A stretch of 41,429 bases of DNA from Octopus bimaculoides (Eukaryota), in the NCBI RefSeq assembly GCF_001194135.2, contig NC_068991.1, forward strand, positions 29,776,034 to 29,817,462, read 5' to 3'. Under the pieces are notes generated by a model. The model made no database searches. It saw only the letters and a program-made list of their open reading frames with translations, and was not told where the DNA came from. Positions 34,750 through 41,429 of this stretch are shown here, one piece after another (the stretch's first letter is position 1; every line of letters starts with the position of its first letter). The translations under genes and the position numbers were made by a program.

Positions 34750-35697
34750 ATTTTATATCTTGGACATAGAGTAACCCAAGGTCTCGCATCCACAACGTAA
34801 AGCCTTGTGGACAGCTCGTATAAATACAAAATTCAAAATATCTACGTTGCAGACGTGAGGTTATCTCCCCTGAATCAGAAGTGGCCGGGACCCTTATAGA
34901 TCTGATGAGGCCTAACTAACAAACGGGGAGATCTAATTTTCCAGTAAGTAGCGCTTGAAGTGGATGCATTTAGAAAACACTTCTTTACGGTTGTTTAATG
35001 CGCCAGGTCCCTTATAGTCCTTAAGAATTTTGACTCTCTCAGCGATCCAGATCTTGCAACGACCACTTCCATTAATATAAGGGCCCAGATGATTAATTAA
35101 TTTCCACCTGATGTCACACGAGATTCCTTAATCTTTGAGGTGCCATACATAGTGGACCAGGGACATGACAAACCGTCTTTCTGGGACTCTGAAGGATGAC
35201 TTGTGGTTAAGAAAACGTCGCTTGAACGAAGTACTCGCACAACCAATATATTTACACATATGGGACGTGGCCCTATTTGCACCCCTGATAACATATGGTG
35301 CGGAGCTGGTCATCCCATCAGTGTCGAAGATAATTATTTGGTCATCTTCTGAGGTGGTGGAACTGGGAACGACGGATACCCCTTCCGAGTTATTTACAGG
35401 TGCGGCATTTCTACTGGGATTAATACACCTTGCATGCCTGGTCGTTCTATCTGTATCTATGGTTTGTTCATTATCCGTGGCGGTGTTACCGGGGTCTTCG
35501 GTCTCTCTCTGATGCTGGTTCCGGACTGGTTGTTTATCTCTGGGCGTGGCAATTGTATTGGTGCCAGAACCGGTTAATCGGCTAATGGTATTACTGCTTG
35601 ATGGTGCATTATTGTTATTGCGGATATCAGGTCTGGGTATCACCACAGCCTCATAGATGACTCCTTCAGCCTCGCATCGGCTTCCTACCGGAAGTTA
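34750..35697 (-). mobile_element. Penelope-like element 3' part: GIY-YIG endonuclease pseudogene (35694-34933) plus structured 3' region
   Basis: LPVGSRCEAEGVIYEAVV ... KYIGCASTSFKRRFLNHKSSF..SLVHYVWHLKD*GISCDIRWKLI..PY..GSGRCKI..ERVKI..LNNRKEVFSKCIHFKRYLLEN* in one frame with a single internal TAA. This is the typical Penelope GIY-YIG C-terminus. Truncated at the 5' side next to a SINE. Confidence 0.88.
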
Positions 35698-35707
35698 TTA
35701 TATACCT

Positions 35708-36446
35708 TGCAAAAGAACCACATATTTTCTTGTCAGTTGTTTGACCTTGACCAGTTGAACATGTCCCTTGGTGGCTGACGATATATGCATCTCTGATCAT
35801 GAGCAGAAGTAGTGGGGGAGCATCATAGCCATGTGTTGAGAGGAATTCTTTGGGTTTTGAATAATTCACCCTTGGAAATATGGGTGTTTTGCTCAACATC
35901 CTTAAACAAACCTTATTCGGGGACCTTTTGAGCGGAATGGGCTACTCAACCTGAAGAAAATTCTAAGTGGGCCCCACCTGCGAGGTCATGCGCTGTTTTA
36001 TCTTGATATGAGATCACCATGTCGTGCACATATGGTTGTGATGCATGTGCCTGGTGTACCCTTATCAGACGNNNNNNNNNNNNNNNNNNNNNNNNNNNNN
36101 NNNNNNNNNNNNNNNNNNNNNNNNNNNNNNNNNNNNNNNNNNNNNNNNNNNNNNNNNNNNNNNNNNNNNNNNNNNNNNNNNNNNNNNNNNNNNNNNNNNN
36201 NNNNNNNNNNNNNNNNNNNNNNNNNNNNNNNNNNNNNNNNNNNNNNNNNNNNNNNNNNNNNNNNNNNNNNNNNNNNNNNNNNNNNNNNNNNNNNNNNNNN
36301 NNNNNNNNNNNNNNNNNNNNNNNNNNNNNNNNNNNNNNNNNNNNNNNNNNNNNNNNNAGATGTGTGGGTAGTCATGATTGTTATAATGGGCTTCGTATAT
36401 TTTACCCCAGTGTCACTTTGATGGCATGCACTGCTCTCTCTCACTC
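35708..36446 (+). mobile_element. SINE-like family B, 5'-truncated, with an internal gap
   Basis: Matches the reverse complement of 18505-18940; ends CTCACTC|AATAATAAT. Confidence 0.88.
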
Positions 36447-36461
36447 AATAATAATAACAAT

Positions 36462-36499
<38 letters not shown>

Positions 36500-36540
36500 T
36501 TGATGATGATGCAGTACCAAGCACTAATAACTGCGCTGAT

Positions 36541-36852
36541 GCTCTCATGGTTTCTGATCTTAACTGCTTGGAATACTTATCCTGCTATCATCATTGAAAG
36601 TGTTATCATGTTGTCTTGATATAAAAGACGGGCTACAGAAAATATTTTGCTCATTACCACAGATTTGCTTGTCAGTTGTTTTACATTGACAATTTGATAT
36701 ATGCATCTCTGATCACGAGCGGAAGTGAGGGAGCATCACACCCTTGTATTGAGAGACATTCTTTGGGGTTTGAATAATTCGACTCTGGAATCATTGGTGT
36801 TTCGTTCAACATCCTTAAACAAACCTTATTCAGGTACCTTTTGAGCGGGATT
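36541..36852 (+). mobile_element. SINE-like family B, 3'-truncated
   Basis: GCTCTCATGGTTTCTGATCTTAACTG head through TTGAGCGGGAT; matches the other B copies. Confidence 0.85.
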
Positions 36853-37130
36853 CGATTGTAATTTTATTGGTTGAACGATATTTCGACTGTAAGTCTGTTT
36901 TTGTCAAGTTTAAATTAAGAAGTGATAAAAATTCAAAATTATAGAAATAGAAATTTGAAGTATGAACGAGAGCAACCAGCGTCCACACGTTGATTGAATG
37001 ACATTATCAGTCTTTAAGTTTCAATTTTATAATAGGCGAAAAGAAAAAGACAGAAAAATGAGGAAAGAAAAAAGAAAAGGAAAAAGAAGAATATTTAATC
37101 AAACAGTTTTGTATAAATTTGATGATATTC

Positions 37131-37556
37131 TCCTGTCATTTTATTAATTCCTCCAAGGATGTGAATTCCATCAGGAACCATAACAGAAATGTTATGATTT
37201 ATACAGAGAGTGGGAAATTAAAAAATTCCCATTTGGTGTACGCGGTGGAAGGCATGAAACACAACTTGATTTATGTTGGTTGTACAACAGAACAATTAAA
37301 CAAAAGATTTAATGGGCACACATTCGACGTCAGGCACAATAACAGTAGTTCGACAGAACTCGATGAACATTTCATTTCAAACGGCTGCCATTTTGAAAAA
37401 GACTTGAAAGTGTATATTCTCAGAAAATATTCTAAATCTATTTCACTTTCACTTCTCAGAATGCATGAAAAAAAAATGCTTGCGGGTTATTAACATCACG
37501 CCCTGGAGGAATGAATAAAATGACAGAATATCATCAAATTTATGCGAAACTGCTTA
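37131..37556 (+). mobile_element. Second Penelope-like GIY-YIG remnant (Neptune/Naiad-like pattern)
   Basis: SHLVYAVEGMKHNLIYVGCTTEQLNKRFNGH.FDV..ELDEHF..DLKVYIL..MHE, then a frameshift to GLLTSRPGGMN (the L.T..P.G.N end motif). No RT visible. Confidence 0.8.
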
Positions 37557-37577
37557 ATAATAATAATAATAATAATG

Positions 37578-37631
<54 letters not shown>

Positions 37632-37650
37632 GTATTAATAATAATAATGA
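37555..37650. repeat. (AAT)n microsatellite
   Basis: Direct inspection. Confidence 0.95.
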
Positions 37651-38069
37651 TGATGTTTTCATCTATTTGTCACCAGGACGGATGAGGGTGGGTGGGGACA
37701 ATACAAAAACAAACACAAAGTGTGGGGATTTACATTAATGAAATGATAAAATAATTTAGAAAACACATGGGGGTAAGTATACAAGGTATACAATGAAAAG
37801 GAAGGGAAATACACATAGTATACAAAATTTAAAGAAAGTGTGGGAGGAGGATGATAGAGATGCAGCTCACCTAATACAGGATGATCTCTTGAGATGATCG
37901 AGGAACCCCGCTGTTCTGAAGTGAGAAGTGAAAGAGAAAGAGAAGGACAGAGTGGGTGAGAGGGAATAAGAGAGAGAGAAAGAGAGAGTGAGAGAGAATG
38001 AGAGAGAGAGAGAGGGGGAGAGAAATCACAGAGAGGCACCCTTGTCTCTTGGTTAGTCGGCTCTGGTCT

Positions 38070-38640
38070 TTGTCATAGCTGTATCACTCGTTTGGCTGTC
38101 AGTTTGATAACGATTGCAAGTATCAGCTGGCTGTCATTGTCGTAATGGCGATCATTGTCATAATGGCGATCATTGTCGTAATGGCGGTAAGCGTCACTCG
38201 ATTGGCGATCATTGTAGTGATGGATGTAGGTATCACTAAGTTGGCCATCATTATCGTAATGGTGATAAGGATCACTCGACTGGCTTTCATTCTAGTGATG
38301 CTTGTAAGTGTTACTGTAGTGATGGCTGTGTCATTGTAGAGATGGTTGTAAGTGTCACTGAAATGATGGTTGTGTCATTGTAGTGATGATTGTAAGTACC
38401 ACTCAGCTGGCTGTCACTCGTAATGGCGATAAGTGTTACTCAGTTGGTCTGTCATTGTACTGAGGAATGTTAGTATCACTCAGCTTGTTGTCATTGCTGT
38501 AAAAGTAATAAGGGTCACTCGGTTGAATGTCACTGTGGTAGTGGCTGTAATTGTCACCTGGCTGTTATTACAGTGATGGTTTTAAGTGTCACACAGCTGG
38601 TTCTTGTTATAGTAATAGTGTTAAATTCTCGTTTTGCTAT
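38070..38640. repeat. Degenerate minisatellite, unit about 39 bp, with an 18-bp subunit
   Basis: Recurring AAGTGTCACTCAGCTGGCTGTCATTGTAGTGATGG-like unit; ATGGCGATCATTGTC(A/G)TA tandem near 38145. Confidence 0.75.
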
Positions 38641-39102
38641 CATTGTCGCTCATGTAAAGATATCATTGATGCAGCTGGCTTTATTGAAGTTGGTGAAGTA
38701 TCCGTGTAAGATTTGATGTTTGAGTGTATGAAGGTGACAAGACTGGCAGTTGAGTATCGGTAGTGAGTGAGCAAGGTGTTCATGTCACTGTTATTATTGT
38801 TGCAGCTGTTCCTCTTTCTGAATAATCTGGAACAACCGGCAATAAAATATATCTACGACGATTAGTGAGTACATGACATAATATACGACGACTAATCACA
38901 GTTAAAACGCCAAACATTATTATGCTTACAACAATGATGATGACGGTGTTGGTGGTTGTAATGATGATGATGATGATGCCGACGATAATAATGACGACAA
39001 TGATATAATGATATTGATGGTGATAGAGAGTAAAGGTAAAAAGAGTAAGAACATAGACTACAGAGGAAAGTTCGCCGTTGTTTCTTATTTATACACAATG
39101 CC

Positions 39103-39292
39103 TTAACATTTATGGGGAGGGTGATTAGTCGATATCATTGACCCCAGTACTCGATAGGTACTTATTTTATAAACTCCGAAAGGATGAAAAGCAAAACTGA
39201 TCACGGTGGGGTTCGAATTCAAAAGAACCGGAAATTTTAACGCAAATCATTTTGCCAAACCCTCTGATGATTATATCTACCGACCAACACTA
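39103..39292 (-). mobile_element. SINE family A (degraded)
   Basis: GTCGATATCATTGACCCCAGTACTC..GGTACTTATTTTAT..GAAAGGATGAAAAGCAAA matches the family A reverse complement. Confidence 0.75.
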
Positions 39293-39294
39293 AA

Positions 39295-39485
39295 AAAATA
39301 TTCTAATTTAAGCGCAAGTCAGGTAAATTTGAGAGAAGGATGTTAGTCGATATCAATATCATCTTTACTTGACTGTTACTTTATTCCTGGAGCAATGAAT
39401 ATCAAAGCTGACCCCGGTAGGATATGAACTTAGAATGTAAAACACAGCAACTAAAATAGCACAAAACGCCTTGCCGATTCTACTA
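39295..39485 (-). mobile_element. SINE family A (heavily degraded)
   Basis: Same motif order as the neighbouring copies. Confidence 0.55.
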
Positions 39486-39527
39486 GTATAACGATTCTAC
39501 TAGTATAACGATTCTACTAGTATAACG
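39475..39527. repeat. Perfect tandem repeat, 3 x 17 bp (CGATTCTACTAGTATAA)
   Basis: Units at 39475, 39492 and 39509. Confidence 0.95.
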
Positions 39528-39537
39528 CTAATAAATA

Positions 39538-39730
39538 ATGATTTCAAATTTGGCACACGGCCAGCAAGTTCAGGAAAGGGGTAAGTTGTTTACATCGATC
39601 CCAGTGCTCAACTGGTACTTATTTTCTCGACCTCGAAGGATTAAGGGCAAAGTAGACCTCGGAGGCATTTGAACTCAGAACCTAAGGTAGGACGAAATAT
39701 TTCTAAGCATTTTGCGCGGCGTGCTAACGA
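39538..39730 (-). mobile_element. SINE family A, near full length
   Basis: TTTGGCACACGGCCAGC..CATCGATCCCAGTGCTCAACTGGTACTTATTT..TTTGAACTCAGAAC..CTAAGCATTT..CGTGCTAACGA; AAT repeats on both sides. Confidence 0.85.
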
Positions 39731-39759
39731 CATAGCGCTAATAAATAATAAGTGATGCT

Positions 39760-40130
39760 CACTAGGGCACCAAGCCTGAAAATTAGTGGCGAGGTCAATC
39801 AATTTAATTAACCCCTATACAATACGAATTATTATTTTATCGATACCCGCAGTAAAGTGTAAGATAAGGTTCTGCCTCAGTTATATTTCAGATACAGCTG
39901 TAAAGCCTCCAGAAAGCAGTTTGCCTGATGCGCTACCAGTTCCCTCAACGATTTTGTTTCATCTAGACTGATTTTTCGATATGGCAGACAAGGCTACATT
40001 TTTAACGGTAAGAAAATACTCTAACACTTAGACCACAGTGCTGGTATTTGATTTTGAAACCAAAGAAAAGTAAAGACAAAGTTGACATGCGCGGGAACAT
40101 AACTCAATACCTAAAGAGAATACGGTAAAT
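39760..40130 (-). mobile_element. Two further degraded SINE family A-like remnants
   Basis: Fragments GGCACCAAGCCTGAAAATT..TTATTTTATCGA and CACAGTGCTGGTATT..AAAGACAAAGTTGAC. Confidence 0.45.
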
Positions 40131-40295
40131 GATGGAAGAAAAAAAAAGTCGATGAGAGTATAATTGGCGAACCAGTGAACTTCACACCACATCTGACACT
40201 TTCAGAGACACAATATAATAATTATAGTAGTATAATATATACCACATTTAAATATATGGTTTATAATACTACTATGACTATCAAGCAGAATCAGA

Positions 40296-40935
40296 ATTAT
40301 ATATATATATATATATATATATATNNNNNNNNNNNNNNNNNNNNNNNNNNNNNNNNNNNNNNNNNNNNNNNNNNNNNNNNNNNNNNNNNNNNNNNNNNNN
40401 NNNNNNNNNNNNNNNNNNNNNNNNNNNNNNNNNNNNNNNNNNNNNNNNNNNNNNNNNNNNNNNNNNNNNNNNNNNNNNNNNNNNNNNNNNNNNNNNNNNN
40501 NNNNNNNNNNNNNNNNNNNNNNNNNNNNNNNNNNNNNNNNNNNNNNNNNNNNNNNNNNNNNNNNNNNNNNNNNNNNNNNNNNNNNNNNNNNNNNNNNNNN
40601 NNNNNNNNNNNNNNNNNNNNNNNNNNNNNNNNNNNNNNNNNNNNNNNNNNNNNNNNNNNNNNNNNNNNNNNNNNNNNNNNNNNNNNNNNNNNNNNNNNNN
40701 NNNNNNNNNNNNNNNNNNNNNNNNNNNNNNNNNNNNNNNNNNNNNNNNNNNNNNNNNNNNNNNNNNNNNNNNNTATATATATATATATATGCATTATACA
40801 TATGCATACATTACACATATACATATATATATTACACACACATAAATTACACGCGCACACATACATAGATGCATACCTACATACATACACACGTACATAC
40901 ATACATACATACATACACACGCACATACATACATA
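40296..40935. repeat. (TA)n, gap, then (TA)/(CA)/(CATA) simple repeats
   Basis: Direct inspection. Confidence 0.9.
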
Positions 40936-41429
40936 AAACTTAAACAATAATTTTCAAAGGGAAAGCAGGTGAGGGGAGGGGAAAATTACATAAAAAGAAA
41001 AGGACATTAGAAAAGCCCCTCTTGCTTGATGATACTGGATACTGGGGTAATATGATCTGAGGGTACCGGTGGTGGTGTGGAAGGGGAGATATTGTACTGT
41101 CTGTCTGTATGTCTGGCTTTCAATGGCACAAAAACAGAAAGACAGAGCAGGGATGAGAGTTAGGCGGGAAGAGCGACAGAAGTGGGAGGAGCGAGTGAGG
41201 GAAAGAAAGAGGGAAGAAAGAGATGGGAATAGTGAGATAAAGAGAGAGAGAGAGAGACGTAAGGCAAAATGTAAATAGTTGATTAGTTAAATAAATGAAT
41301 AAATGAATAGATGTGAGAAAAATGAAGAGAAAACAAAGAACAACAATAGTAACATAACAAGAACTATAAGAACAACTATGAATGCAAAAGTGTGTGTCAA
41401 TAATATCTGTGATTTTATATATATATATA

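Noticed and set aside
1298-41429. The many listed ORFs rich in VC, HT, YI, LSIY, poly-N/T/C/L or X
   Set aside because: They are translations of microsatellites or N gaps, not genes.
1-41429. Excess of minus-strand elements as a hint of a plus-strand host intron
   Set aside because: The tally is only about 17 versus 11 and is inflated by clustered copies.
1-41429. CRISPR-like arrays, rRNA or prokaryotic systems
   Set aside because: No repeat-spacer arrays, rRNA or operons seen; the window is eukaryotic repeat DNA.

Overview
This is repeat-dense, gapped draft-assembly DNA from an animal. The SINE families and microsatellite load look like octopus (inferred from recalled repeat consensi, not from a search). 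I recognise no host protein-coding exon; almost all listed ORFs are microsatellite, gap or antisense artefacts. The window holds: (1) the 3' half of a Helitron (Pif1 helicase plus 3' hairpin) joined to one terminus of a CAC-ended DNA transposon; (2) a tRNA-Thr(CGT)-like sequence; (3) a decayed L1/Tx1-clade endonuclease fragment; (4) at least seven R4/Dong-type non-LTR retrotransposon copies from about four subfamilies, including one near full-length copy; (5) a Tc1/mariner 3' fragment and a hAT-Charlie-like MITE; (6) two different Penelope-like GIY-YIG remnants; (7) many SINEs and simple repeats. Best leads: R4/Dong subfamilies that seem to split between (TAA)n and (TACA)n microsatellite targets and stack head-to-tail in them; a cis-templated 232-bp inverted duplication inside the long Dong copy; a Penelope GIY-YIG with about 120 extra in-frame residues between its two signature motifs, followed by a structured hammerhead-like segment; and the Helitron/CAC-transposon chimera with a fold-back junction.
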